Positions 1 through 9,204 of a DNA stretch of 64,000 nt are shown here, piece after piece. This DNA comes from Nitrososphaeria archaeon (GTDB taxonomy: Archaea; Thermoproteota; Nitrososphaeria; Conexivisphaerales; DTJL01), in NCBI GenBank assembly GCA_029775965.1, contig JARVJU010000004.1, positions 26,524-90,523 of the forward strand, given 5' to 3'. How positions within the stretch are numbered: position 1 is the first letter of the stretch; each line of letters begins with the position of its first letter. The notes under the pieces were generated by a model. That model had not been told where the DNA came from. It did no database searches and saw nothing but the letters and a program-made list of their open reading frames with translations. The position numbers were made by a program, and so were the translations under genes.

Positions 1-1
1 A

Positions 2-316
2 GTCATAGACAAAGACCTTGCCGGTCAAAAGCTTGGATCTTTACTCGGTGCCTCAAAATTTATAATGCTGACCGATGTAGATGCCGCTTATCTGAACTTT
101 GGAAGCCCATCGCAGAGCAGACTTAACTTTGTGAAGTATTCAGAGATGAAGAAGTACTATGATGAAGGTCACTTCAGGTCAGGAAGTATGGGGCCCAAAG
201 TAAAGGCGTCTCTGAAATTTATAGAAGAAGGTGGGGCAGAAGCCATAATAGCTCACCTGAAGTCAGTCAAGGAAGCGCTAATGCATGGAGATGGAACACA
301 TGTTGTGCCAGATTGA
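2..316 (+). CDS. arcC: carbamate kinase, C-terminal fragment (5' end lies outside the window)
   Basis: The frame is open from base 2. VIDKDLAG..FIMLTDVD..GSMGPKV..GGAEAIIA..GT follows the usual order of carbamate kinase C-terminal motifs. Confidence 0.8.
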   Translation, partial: VIDKDLAGQKLGSLLGASKFIMLTDVDAAYLNFGSPSQSRLNFVKYSEMKKYYDEGHFRSGSMGPKVKASLKFIEEGGAEAIIAHLKSVKEALMHGDGTHVVPD

Positions 317-317
317 T

Positions 318-773
318 CTAGAAATTCTCGTATTTAGGCGTACGGGCCCCGGTTCTCATTGCAATGAACGTCTCTGTATGTTCAACTCCCTGTATATTCC
401 CTATCTTTGTCGATACAGCGTTGTGTAATTCATCTAATGACTTGGTTTTAACAGATACAAGAAAATCGAACCTACCAGTAACTTCTGCGATATACCTAGC
501 CTCATCTAGGTTCATAAGCTCTTTTAGGACAGAATCTCTCATCTTAGCGTCTGTATTTACTCCAATGAAGGCCTGCACTTTGTATCCCAACAGCTCTTCG
601 TTAACTTCAACGGTAAACCTTTTTATCAGACCCTTACGCATAAGTCTCTTTATTCTGCTGTATGCAACAGATGGATTGACCTGTATCTTCTTGCTCAGCT
701 TCGGGACAGAAAGATTTGCCTCGTTTACGAGCTCCTTCAGTATCTTCATATCAAGTTCATCAAATTTATTCAT
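318..773 (-). CDS. lrp: Lrp/AsnC family transcriptional regulator
   Basis: 151 aa. N-terminal HTH (LSVPKLSKKIQVNPSVAYSRIKRL) followed by a RAM/ACT-like C-terminal domain of typical size. Confidence 0.85.
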   Translation of the reverse strand: MNKFDELDMKILKELVNEANLSVPKLSKKIQVNPSVAYSRIKRLMRKGLIKRFTVEVNEELLGYKVQAFIGVNTDAKMRDSVLKELMNLDEARYIAEVTGRFDFLVSVKTKSLDELHNAVSTKIGNIQGVEHTETFIAMRTGARTPKYENF

Positions 774-921
774 AAGGTTTTCGTCGCCTACAGCGTCTAC
801 CCGGAAAGTAATTTATAAATTTAATCTAATTTTTATTTATCTGAATAGTTTTAGAACAAATTTCCTTATTATGACGGCTGACAAGAGAAAAGATTAATAC
901 AAAAATTCGTCACAACATATT

Positions 922-2454
922 CTATTGTGGCTCTATAGTTGCTGGTGGTTTATCTGATATACCATACGCAACCATAGATACACCTTTTACCTCGTTTGTT
1001 ATTCTTCTACTTACTCTTTCGAGTAAAGAATATGGCAACTTAGCCCATTCAGCAGTCATACCATCCTCTGACTTTACTGCCTTTAGAATTACAATATGTC
1101 CATAGGATCTCTGATCCCCTGACACACCTACAGCCTTATCATCGCCTACTATAGCGAATCCTTGCCATATCTTATAGTAAAGGTTAGACCTTTTGAGCTC
1201 CTGTTCAAATATGTAGCTCGCCTTTCTGCAAATTTCGAGTTTATCCCTGGTTATCCTTCCCATGATCCTGACGGCAAGGCCAGGACCTGGAAATGGATGT
1301 CTTTTTACGAATTCTTGGGGTATTCCTAGCTTTAAGGCTATAATCCGTACTTGATCCTTGTAAAGATCCTTCAGCGGTTCCAGAACCTTTAGAGGAATGT
1401 CTGTAGGAAGTGCTGCCACGTTGTGATGGGACTTTATTCTTGCGGCATGAATATTTGGAGAACCACTCTCTATTATATCTGGATACAGGGTTCCCTGTAC
1501 AAGCCACTGGAAAGGTCCGTTGCGCTTGCTAAATTCTTTGAAGACTTCAGCAAATTCCTTCCCTATTATTCTTCTTTTTTCCTCAGGGTCTTCCACCCCT
1601 CTGACCGACGCTAAGAAACGATCACTAGCATCCACATATGCTACATTTAACCCAAGTTTCTTTAACATAGAAAGAACTGATTCCGCCTCTCCAGCTCTTA
1701 GCAATCCATGATTTACAAAAAGGCATTGCAATCTATCACCCAGAGCCCTAGCTGTTAGCACAGCTGCAGTGGTGGAATCTATTCCGCCACTTACAGCACA
1801 TAGTAATCTATCGTTACCTGCTACCTTCTTAATTTCTGCTATCTGCTTTTGTATAAAGTCATCCGGCGACCAAGATGCCTTGCAATTGCATATATCGAAG
1901 ACAAAATTTGAAAGCATCCGTCTTCCCTTCTGTGTATGTGTTACTTCAGGATGGAATTGCAGTCCAAAGATTTGTCTGTCAGTATCCTCCATAGCTGCAA
2001 GTGCATTGTCCTGTGATTTGGCAATCTCCTTGAATCCTGGAGGGGCTGCCTTGACGGTATCGCCATGACTCATCCATACAGTTAGTCTGTCACCAGAACC
2101 TTTTAGAATTCTTGAATTTCGCAGAACTACTATTTTTGTTCTCCCGTACTCCTTCAATTTTGAAGCAGTGACTTTACCGCCTAGTTCTTTAGCTATCAGC
2201 TGGTGTCCATAACAGATACCCAGTATTGGTCTACCTAAATCCCAGACATTTTTGTCTATGGTGAGAGCATCCTTTGATAAGGTGCTTCTAGGTCCACCTG
2301 AAAGAATTACTCCGTCTTTGTTTTTAAGGTCCGAGACTGGCGTATTGTATGGCATCAATTCAGCACTAACTCCTAGTTCTCTGATTCTTCTTACTATGAG
2401 GTGTGCATACTGGCCACCAAAATCGAGGACAGCAATGCCACCATCCGTAACCAT
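922..2454 (-). CDS. guaA: GMP synthase (glutamine-hydrolysing), with GATase and ATP-PPase domains fused
   Basis: IAVLDFGGQYAHLI, GICYGHQL and QFHPE mark the GATase domain. SGGIDS is the PP-loop, followed by a C-terminal dimerisation domain. I place the start at the ATG at 2454, not the upstream ORF-track start at 2496. Confidence 0.9.
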   Translation of the reverse strand: MVTDGGIAVLDFGGQYAHLIVRRIRELGVSAELMPYNTPVSDLKNKDGVILSGGPRSTLSKDALTIDKNVWDLGRPILGICYGHQLIAKELGGKVTASKLKEYGRTKIVVLRNSRILKGSGDRLTVWMSHGDTVKAAPPGFKEIAKSQDNALAAMEDTDRQIFGLQFHPEVTHTQKGRRMLSNFVFDICNCKASWSPDDFIQKQIAEIKKVAGNDRLLCAVSGGIDSTTAAVLTARALGDRLQCLFVNHGLLRAGEAESVLSMLKKLGLNVAYVDASDRFLASVRGVEDPEEKRRIIGKEFAEVFKEFSKRNGPFQWLVQGTLYPDIIESGSPNIHAARIKSHHNVAALPTDIPLKVLEPLKDLYKDQVRIIALKLGIPQEFVKRHPFPGPGLAVRIMGRITRDKLEICRKASYIFEQELKRSNLYYKIWQGFAIVGDDKAVGVSGDQRSYGHIVILKAVKSEDGMTAEWAKLPYSLLERVSRRITNEVKGVSMVAYGISDKPPATIEPQ

Positions 2455-2475
2455 GCCATTATTGGGGCATGGTGC

Positions 2476-2484
2476 ATATATAAG
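2476..2484. promoter_or_regulatory. Palindromic TATA-like box shared by the divergent guaA and hpt genes
   Basis: ATATATAAG is the only A/T box in the 52-bp spacer. It sits about 23-27 nt from both ATGs (2454 and 2507). Confidence 0.4.
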
Positions 2485-2506
2485 AGTGTACAGCATTGCG
2501 TGGCAT

Positions 2507-3091
2507 ATGGATTGGCTTAGGCTTGTTAAAGAGGACCTTCTAAAGGCAAAAATTGTTAAAATAAAACAGGATGGAAGGTCCTACGATTACATTGTGAATC
2601 CTCTAAGTTCCGGTGTCCCTGCTATACCTAGTGAAGCACTATGGGGTTGTGCTTATGAAATAGGAAGGCTTCTGGACATAAGGTCTGCGGACAAAATAAT
2701 GGCCCCTGAAGCTATGGGATTTCACATAGGTGCAGCTCTTAGCATGGTTACAGGTCTACCCTTGCTTATGATTAGGAAAAGACCATATTTTCTTGAAGGA
2801 GAAATAAAGGTGGAGAAATCGACAGCTTATGAGAAGTCCTATATGTACATAAATGGATTACAAAAAAGAGAAAAAATAGTGTTAGTAGATTCGATAATAG
2901 CTACAGGCGGTACTCTTTCTGCAATAATAAAGGCAATTTCTTCAGCAGGATGCAAGGTAATAGACTGCGGTGTTGTTATAGAAAGGGTAGGTCTGCATGG
3001 TGTAGAGGTTGTTGAAAAAGAGACAGGTATCAGAGTAAAGACTCTTCTCAAAGTTGATGTTATTCAGGGTAAAGTAATATTAAAAGACTAG
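2507..3091 (+). CDS. hpt: archaeal-type hypoxanthine/guanine phosphoribosyltransferase
   Basis: PEAMGFHIGAALS, YLEGEI..E and the PRPP motif IVLVDSIIATGGT. Collinear with my memory of MJ1655-type Hpt. The upstream part of the long ORF-track call is antisense to guaA and was trimmed to the ATG at 2507. Confidence 0.75.
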   Translation: MDWLRLVKEDLLKAKIVKIKQDGRSYDYIVNPLSSGVPAIPSEALWGCAYEIGRLLDIRSADKIMAPEAMGFHIGAALSMVTGLPLLMIRKRPYFLEGEIKVEKSTAYEKSYMYINGLQKREKIVLVDSIIATGGTLSAIIKAISSAGCKVIDCGVVIERVGLHGVEVVEKETGIRVKTLLKVDVIQGKVILKD

Positions 3092-4092
3092 TGGAAAGCT
3101 TATATGCCGTGCAAAGATCAAAAAGGACTAGGACTATATTTGCAATTACTATAGTTTTTATTATTCTCGTTCTATATTCACTCCCATTAATAATCCCAAG
3201 CGGGATAGCTATAAGTTCAATTTCACTCAAAGGAAATCCTGACATTGCCCTAACATCCAACCCTAGCTTTGAGAATGGTCTGGCATCCTGGTCTGTGCGT
3301 CTTTTCAATTCTTCCTATGTTGCTGTAAGCAGTGGTCAAGCTCTATCTGGGGTGCATTCTCTTTTCATTAATGCAGCGCCACAGGACACAGGGACTGCTA
3401 TAATATATGGTAATTCTTCAACCTTACCCATAGTTTTGAGTGATTCAATAGTATATTCATTCAGTGTGTATTATAATGGTTCGGGGGAAACAGCACAATC
3501 TAGTGCATTGGATTCTGTGATAACTATATCCTATCAAGGCAGATATAACATATCGCTTCTGGTATTCGTAACGACTTCAGGCCCGACTAACGGTACAGAA
3601 ATACGGATGACAACACTTGGTATAAGCTTAGTTCGAGGGATAACACCTGAGAGTTCTTGGCAGACCTTTATACTTCAGCTTGGTACACCACGAATGATTC
3701 AACTTTATCAGGAATTCTTGCACCAGCAATACGGCATAAATGCCTTGCCGTCTCTTTCCTACTACTTCGTAATGGGATTCTACGTGCACCCAAACGACAT
3801 AATATGCTATCTGGATGATGTGGGATTGTATAACATCTTTCCAGCTACCATGGATATCTCCGTATCAAAGGCTTCCCCGTTTCCCTCAAATAGCTACTTG
3901 AAGGGCATTTTTGTCAATGGTTTAAATGTAGAAGTCTATTCCTACAAATATGGTCTTTTGTCTGATAGTTATGCTATTCAACTTGCAATTCCTCTTGTGA
4001 AAGGATTAAGCATTTCAATTCAGCTTCTCACAGTTTCAGGTGTGAGGCAGGTATACAATTATACTATTACGTCAGGTCCTATATCCATCTAG
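3091..4092 (+). CDS. secreted or anchored hypothetical protein rich in N-glycosylation sequons
   Basis: N-terminal hydrophobic anchor (IFAITIVFIILVLYSLPLII). NPSFENGLASW resembles the start of CBM4/9-like beta-sandwich domains. At least six N-x-S/T sequons. GTG start overlaps the hpt stop by 1 nt. Confidence 0.5.
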   Translation: MESLYAVQRSKRTRTIFAITIVFIILVLYSLPLIIPSGIAISSISLKGNPDIALTSNPSFENGLASWSVRLFNSSYVAVSSGQALSGVHSLFINAAPQDTGTAIIYGNSSTLPIVLSDSIVYSFSVYYNGSGETAQSSALDSVITISYQGRYNISLLVFVTTSGPTNGTEIRMTTLGISLVRGITPESSWQTFILQLGTPRMIQLYQEFLHQQYGINALPSLSYYFVMGFYVHPNDIICYLDDVGLYNIFPATMDISVSKASPFPSNSYLKGIFVNGLNVEVYSYKYGLLSDSYAIQLAIPLVKGLSISIQLLTVSGVRQVYNYTITSGPISI

Positions 4093-4145
4093 CCATACTT
4101 TTATCTAAAATGATATATATACGTCTCGTGGTATGAGACTTGGGT

Positions 4146-5114
4146 ATGATATCTCTAGTGGGTTCGCCTGAGGAGTACAGGGCAAAGGTGCTTGGCATGC
4201 CTCAGGTAGAGAAACGAATAACCGGCACAACTTTACTCAAGAGAGGTTTTGCTCACATGTTTAAGCATGGGGTAATAATGGATGTTACAAAGCCTGAGGA
4301 GGCTCAGATAGCTGAGGATGCAGGTGCGGTAGCTGTAATGGTGCTAGACAAGCTACCTTATGATGTGAGAAAGGCTGGAGGGGTAGCAAGAACTGCAAGC
4401 CTGAAGGCTGTAGATGAGATTTTAAAGGCAGTTACTATTCCAGTGATGGCCAAGTGCAGGATAGGACATACTTACGAGGCAAGAATACTGGAAGAAGCTG
4501 GCGTAGATATGATAGACGAATCAGAAGTTCTGACACCAGCAGATGAGGAGAGACATATATGGAAATGGGAATTTACCACTCCATTCGTTAACGGCGCAAG
4601 AGATCTTGGAGAAGCTCTTAGGCGTATAGAAGAAGGTGCAGCCATGATAAGGACAAAAGGCGAGCCCGGTACTGGAAATGTTGCTGAAGCTATTAAACAC
4701 ATAAAAGTAGTAAACACAGAGATAGCAAAGATAAGGGGGCTATATCTCTCCGGCGATACTCAGGAGCTGATAAAGATAGCTAGAGAAATGAGAGCATCTT
4801 ATGAATTGGTACTTGAAACAGCAAAGCTAGGAAAGTTGCCAGTGGTAAACTTCGCTGCAGGAGGAATAGCTACACCAGCTGACGCAGCAATGATGATGCA
4901 GATAGGCTGTGATGGTATATTTGTTGGCTCAGGCATATTTAAGAGTGAGGACCCAGCCGAAAGGGCCAGAGCAATAGTGCTTGCCACGACTTACTGGGAT
5001 GACCCCAAGACTGTCAGTGAAGCGCAAAGAATGATAGATGAAAGAAAATCTATGATGGGTATGGATACAAGGCAGATTGAACTCAAGATGCAAGAGAGAG
5101 GTGCGAACCTTTGA
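4146..5114 (+). CDS. pdxS: pyridoxal 5'-phosphate synthase, lyase subunit PdxS
   Basis: [39 protein letters not shown] and GIFVGSGIF motifs. The start is uncertain (TTG 4140, ATG 4146 or ATG 4197). Confidence 0.9.
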   Translation: MISLVGSPEEYRAKVLGMPQVEKRITGTTLLKRGFAHMFKHGVIMDVTKPEEAQIAEDAGAVAVMVLDKLPYDVRKAGGVARTASLKAVDEILKAVTIPVMAKCRIGHTYEARILEEAGVDMIDESEVLTPADEERHIWKWEFTTPFVNGARDLGEALRRIEEGAAMIRTKGEPGTGNVAEAIKHIKVVNTEIAKIRGLYLSGDTQELIKIAREMRASYELVLETAKLGKLPVVNFAAGGIATPADAAMMMQIGCDGIFVGSGIFKSEDPAERARAIVLATTYWDDPKTVSEAQRMIDERKSMMGMDTRQIELKMQERGANL

Positions 5115-5728
5115 CAACCCTAAGGATTGGAGTGTTCGGTATTCAGGGGGATATTGAGGAGCACGTAAAGGCTGTTAATTCCGCAATGGAACAGGAAAAG
5201 CTGCATGGTGAAACAATGCTGGTTAAGACACCGGAGGCAGTTGAAATTGTAGACGGAGTGATAATACCTGGTGGAGAAAGCACCGTGATAGGAAGTCTAT
5301 CGAGCATAAACGGCACACTCGGAAGATTAGAGGAGAGAATAGTCAAAGGACTTCCTGTGCTTGGCACTTGCGCAGGTGCAATACTGTTATCTAGGGAAGC
5401 TGAAGATAGAGTAATAGGCAGGACAAGGCAGAAACTGCTAGGTGTGCTTGATGCTACAGTAAAACGTAATGCGTTTGGAAGGCAGAGAGAATCTTTCGAA
5501 GAAGCAGTTTCAATTCCAAAGCTTGGAGCGGAGCCATTCCCCGCCGTGTTTATTCGCGCTCCAATAATATCCTCTGTAGGGGAGCAAGTAGAAGTATTAT
5601 CCAGAGTAAAGGAAGGTATAGTAGCTGTGCAACAGAGGAATATACTTGCAACAAGCTTTCATCCAGAACTGTCACGTGACCTTAGATTTCACAAATACTT
5701 TCTTTCGCTTGTTTTGTCTAACAAATAG
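5111..5728 (+). CDS. pdxT: pyridoxal 5'-phosphate synthase, glutaminase subunit PdxT
   Basis: [14 protein letters not shown] (catalytic Cys) and SFHPEL. TTG start overlaps the pdxS stop by 4 nt. Confidence 0.9.
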   Translation: MTTLRIGVFGIQGDIEEHVKAVNSAMEQEKLHGETMLVKTPEAVEIVDGVIIPGGESTVIGSLSSINGTLGRLEERIVKGLPVLGTCAGAILLSREAEDRVIGRTRQKLLGVLDATVKRNAFGRQRESFEEAVSIPKLGAEPFPAVFIRAPIISSVGEQVEVLSRVKEGIVAVQQRNILATSFHPELSRDLRFHKYFLSLVLSNK

Positions 5729-5807
5729 TTACACAACAATGTCAATTTTTCTTTTCCACCCAGCTAAATAATGATACAATAGAATCTTTTTGCAGAGGCG
5801 AGAAGGC

Positions 5808-6032
5808 ATGGGAAGAAGGACTATTTTGTTTGGCTTCTGGATAGTTGGCTATGCTTTAGGCTTCATAGGTTTCCTACTCTTTTATAAAACTAACATTCTT
5901 CAGGGTCTTTATCTAGCTCTTCTTGCTGTTTTAGGTAATGCTCAATTGGTTCAGGCATCAATAGTAGGCTTGGCTACATCATTTCTGTCTCTTGCTATGG
6001 TTATAATATGGAGCTATACCCAAAAGACATAG
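5808..6032 (+). CDS. small membrane protein with two predicted TM helices, hypothetical
   Basis: Two hydrophobic stretches. The internal ATG at 5808 is preferred over the TTG at 5790. No recognisable family. Confidence 0.35.
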   Translation: MGRRTILFGFWIVGYALGFIGFLLFYKTNILQGLYLALLAVLGNAQLVQASIVGLATSFLSLAMVIIWSYTQKT

Positions 6033-6133
6033 CTATGACAAAAGCTCCGCTTTTAAGTTAATTCCATATATTCTCTCGAAAAGATGACAGGAAGAAGCAA
6101 AAAGTGTTTTGTTGCAGTAGAAGATACTTGTAG

Positions 6134-6778
6134 CTATAAATGAAAAGTTAACTGACTGGCTATAGACATGATAAACGCTAATATATAGCCTATACCCATG
6201 TATGCTGCCAATGGTACTCCGTACGTAGCTATTACTTCCCCTTTTTTACCCTTGTATTCATCAAGCGCCTGCCATGCCTCTTCAGGATTTGTGGATAGTT
6301 GAATTTCCTTGTCTTCAAATCTTAAACGTTTAGGTATCCAAACAGATTGTTCCAGAGCTTGCTCCACGCTCATTGTCCTTTCAATCCTGAAGGAACGATT
6401 CTTTATCATAAGCCATGATATATGTACTAATGCAGCTACACTCATGAGAATGAACTGTGGTAGTGGTGATAAAGCATAGGTACTTATACCCATAAAAGCT
6501 AAAGCTATAGAATCTGCCTGTCCAAATGCACCTATCAGCCAACTAACTCCAGCCACAATTGCAACTACAATCAACTTGAAGACAGTTAAACGCCAATCAT
6601 TAGCTGACTCATAAAATAAAACAGGTAAAGAGACTACTGCAGGTATCCATGCCAAGTCTGAAACCATCCTTTCCTTAAAGTCCTGATAAATCACAATTGC
6701 AAAAGTAATCGAAGCAAGGGCCTCCGCGATCAAGAGCCAACCATAAAGCTTTCTAAGCCAAATAATAAAGATATCCAC
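6134..6778 (-). CDS. A24-family (prepilin/preflagellin peptidase-like) polytopic membrane protein
   Basis: Multiple TM helices. First Asp context is YQDFKERMVSD. Second Asp is in GAFGQADSIALAF, a GxGD-like motif that reads GQAD here. Confidence 0.5.
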   Translation of the reverse strand: MDIFIIWLRKLYGWLLIAEALASITFAIVIYQDFKERMVSDLAWIPAVVSLPVLFYESANDWRLTVFKLIVVAIVAGVSWLIGAFGQADSIALAFMGISTYALSPLPQFILMSVAALVHISWLMIKNRSFRIERTMSVEQALEQSVWIPKRLRFEDKEIQLSTNPEEAWQALDEYKGKKGEVIATYGVPLAAYMGIGYILAFIMSIASQLTFHL

Positions 6779-6810
6779 CCATCAGTTCATGACTTAATAC
6801 TATTCATGAT

Positions 6811-8505
6811 TCACTTTTTTACTTGCAATTGGTACAGTCTGATTACCTTGTCAAGGGTATCTGCATCTTCTGGCTTTTTATCTTCCCTGATCCTCTTTAT
6901 GCGAGGAAAACGAAGTGCAAATCCACTTGTATGTCTATTACTTATTTGTATTGAATCAAACGAAACCTCCAAGACTATGGCAGGTCTGACCTGTATTCCA
7001 TTCCATGTTTCCCTTATGCCTAGCTGTTTAAGTCTCAGGGTCATGTCTTTAATTTCCTCGTCTGTCAACCCACTGTAGGCTTTGCCTATCGTCTTTAATT
7101 CATCACCGTCCCAAACGGCAAATGTATAATCGGACAAAAGCCCGGCTCTTTTACCATTCCCCCATTCTGCAAAGACTATTACAGCATCGATAGTTTCCAT
7201 TTCTTTTTTTAGCTTGATCCATGCTCCTCCTCTTCTTCCTGGTGTATAGACAGATTCCGGGTCCTTAAGAACCAACCCTTCATATCCTAAATTCAAGCTC
7301 TTTGCAAAAATATTTTTGATCTCCTCTTCGGATTTAACTGGAATACTTGCTGCCATTCTGACTATATCAGGAAATGAAAAATTACTAAGAAATATCTTTC
7401 TATAGCTAAGCTTTTGATCTATCAACCCCCTGCAATTAGCATAGAGAATGTCAAAAACGAAGTACTTCATGGGCACTTCCGATAGAATCTCCTTTACCAC
7501 TTTGCGCCTGTGCAACCTTAGCTGTAGTTTGTGAAAAGGAAGCTGTATATCGCCTTGTGCTGCAACAGCCTCTCCATCAAGTATTGCGTTCATATTCATT
7601 GAAGAAAGTGCGCTTGCTATTTCTGGGAAGGATCCTGTAATATCTTCCATTCGTCTTGTAAACAATTTCGTTTTATTATCGAATATATGTGCCTGCAGTC
7701 TGATTCCATCATACTTATACTCAGCGAATACCTGCTTAGCAAAATGATGGTAGGCTTCACTTACATCTTGAACAGGAAGAGGAAGCATAAAGGCTACGGG
7801 AATGAATGGTTCAGGAGAAGGCGCACCCATATCACCTGAGGCAAGCTTTTCAGCTAGCCTCCCTACATTACCAAGGATGAGATACCAATCTCTAATAGAG
7901 CTCAAATTGAATGTCTTAGCCAAGGAATCAAGGACTATCCCCTCCGTAGCCCCTATTCTCAAGTCTCCAAGAATTATCTTTACCAAGTACTTGGCTTCGA
8001 GAGCTGAGCTTTGAATCAAAAGTCCTTGCAAAATTCTTCTTTTATAGATTACACTCTTTTCGCCTTGTATTTCAGCTAGGCTGTCAAAAGAGGATTGCAC
8101 AGCAGGCAAGGTTAATCTTTCTTCTTTAAGAGAAAGATATCTCCCTTTGCCAGCAAGTGCTTCCTCAACTACGTCACCCAAGTCTCCGAACTTCAAGTAT
8201 AAATTTCTGAATTTTTTTTCGTCTAAACCTGTCACCTCTTTCAAAGCTGAGACAATAAGAGACCAGCCTACGTTGAGCTTTCCCTTTGTACTAGCGATGC
8301 CAAGTATGAATCTGCATGTCGATGGCAGAAGATGCTTTGGTATTCTTCTCATATGATCTGAAAGGATTTCTATCTTTTCATTTTTGCTTGAGGTAGAAGC
8401 TACCTTATCAAGCGTTTCACAAAAGATGCTAAACTCTTCATACCCTTCAGTCATGCAATTATGCATGTATGCTTCTGCATTATATAAGTGGTTATTGCTA
8501 GGCAT
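6811..8505 (-). CDS. ATP-dependent DNA ligase, paralogue 1 (DBD + adenylation + OB)
   Basis: Motif I AEYKYDGIRLQAH, motif III FVFDILY, motif IV EGLVLKD, motif V AWIKLKK. C-terminal OB domain with LRFPRIKRIREDK. Confidence 0.85.
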   Translation of the reverse strand: MPSNNHLYNAEAYMHNCMTEGYEEFSIFCETLDKVASTSSKNEKIEILSDHMRRIPKHLLPSTCRFILGIASTKGKLNVGWSLIVSALKEVTGLDEKKFRNLYLKFGDLGDVVEEALAGKGRYLSLKEERLTLPAVQSSFDSLAEIQGEKSVIYKRRILQGLLIQSSALEAKYLVKIILGDLRIGATEGIVLDSLAKTFNLSSIRDWYLILGNVGRLAEKLASGDMGAPSPEPFIPVAFMLPLPVQDVSEAYHHFAKQVFAEYKYDGIRLQAHIFDNKTKLFTRRMEDITGSFPEIASALSSMNMNAILDGEAVAAQGDIQLPFHKLQLRLHRRKVVKEILSEVPMKYFVFDILYANCRGLIDQKLSYRKIFLSNFSFPDIVRMAASIPVKSEEEIKNIFAKSLNLGYEGLVLKDPESVYTPGRRGGAWIKLKKEMETIDAVIVFAEWGNGKRAGLLSDYTFAVWDGDELKTIGKAYSGLTDEEIKDMTLRLKQLGIRETWNGIQVRPAIVLEVSFDSIQISNRHTSGFALRFPRIKRIREDKKPEDADTLDKVIRLYQLQVKK

Positions 8506-8649
8506 AGACCTGCAGGCGATAGAAATAGAGATGCTTGGGTTGCAATATAGGTGGTAAGAACAAGGTGGAGCTTTAATAGACTGTGTAATTGCGGACCATG
8601 TTGCTAACTAGCATACCTTTCAAAGGTATGGACTAATAGCTATGATGTA

Positions 8650-9028
8650 CAGCAATCGACAGCTTGCGTATTTTCCCCGCGTACAATCTTTTGGCAATAT
8701 TTCATCCATTGGAGCAGAAATGATACTTGAAACAGAAAGCATTGATATAAGATACTGCTATTGAAGTTCCAATTGAAGTTTCAAATAACTCACCCTAAAG
8801 AGCCGCAAAGCCCACACTCTTTAGAGGTGGGAGGAATTGCTGCAGGCTGTTTATATAGTCCAATACCACAGGATTACGCTGAACAAGGAGGACGCCTACC
8901 ACACGTCCAAGCGGTGTTCCCGCTGCGGTGCTGTTGGGAATGGACATGATGGAAGCATCTATTTCCTGTTCAGATACAAAGAATGCGACCAGGTCGTCAA
9001 TCCAACCGGAAGGCAAGCCTGGCTGTAG
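8650..9028 (+). pseudogene. tnpB: tnpB (IS605 OrfB) remnant with stops and frameshifts
   Basis: Fragments GAEMILETESIDIR (RuvC Glu region), W-EELLQAVYIVQY and AYHTSKRCSRCG (Y-TS-x-C-x2-CG zinc finger) appear in shifted frames interrupted by stops. Confidence 0.65.
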
Positions 9029-9029
9029 C

Positions 9030-9204
9030 TATCAAGACTCTGGTGTTGCGGAATCGATTCCTAACAAGAAATGGTTCTAGATTAACACCAGAAGAGGACA
9101 GTCAACTAGCTTATGCATGGCTCCTATGCACATGGACTGGAGGCTGTGCATAAACCAGTCCTGGGAAGGGGCAAGCCCATGAACTTCATTCATGGGTAGT
9201 TGAC
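9030..9204 (+). ncRNA. omega-RNA/reRNA-like structured right-end region of the decayed IS
   Basis: Three nested stems: 9099-9108 with 9197-9206 (10 bp), 9134-9140 with 9155-9161 (7 bp), and a terminal hairpin 9176-9183 with 9189-9196 (8 bp). Confidence 0.35.

Larger units (their letters stand above)
8510..9204 (+). mobile_element. decayed, 5'-truncated IS200/IS605-family (tnpB-only type) element
   Basis: A tnpB C-terminal remnant is followed by a structured non-coding tail ending in the family terminus GTAGTTGAC at 9204. No intact ORF and no tnpA. Confidence 0.7.

Noticed and set aside
364-897. 177-aa plus-strand ORF.
   Set aside because: It is entirely antisense to the well-supported Lrp/AsnC gene. 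The composition is low-complexity and S/L/F-rich, typical of a shadow ORF, and it has no motifs.
2252-2506. N-terminal 85 codons of the 279-aa ORF-track call.
   Set aside because: This part is antisense to the guaA 5' end and would run across the shared TATA box. The hpt homology only begins at the ATG at 2507.
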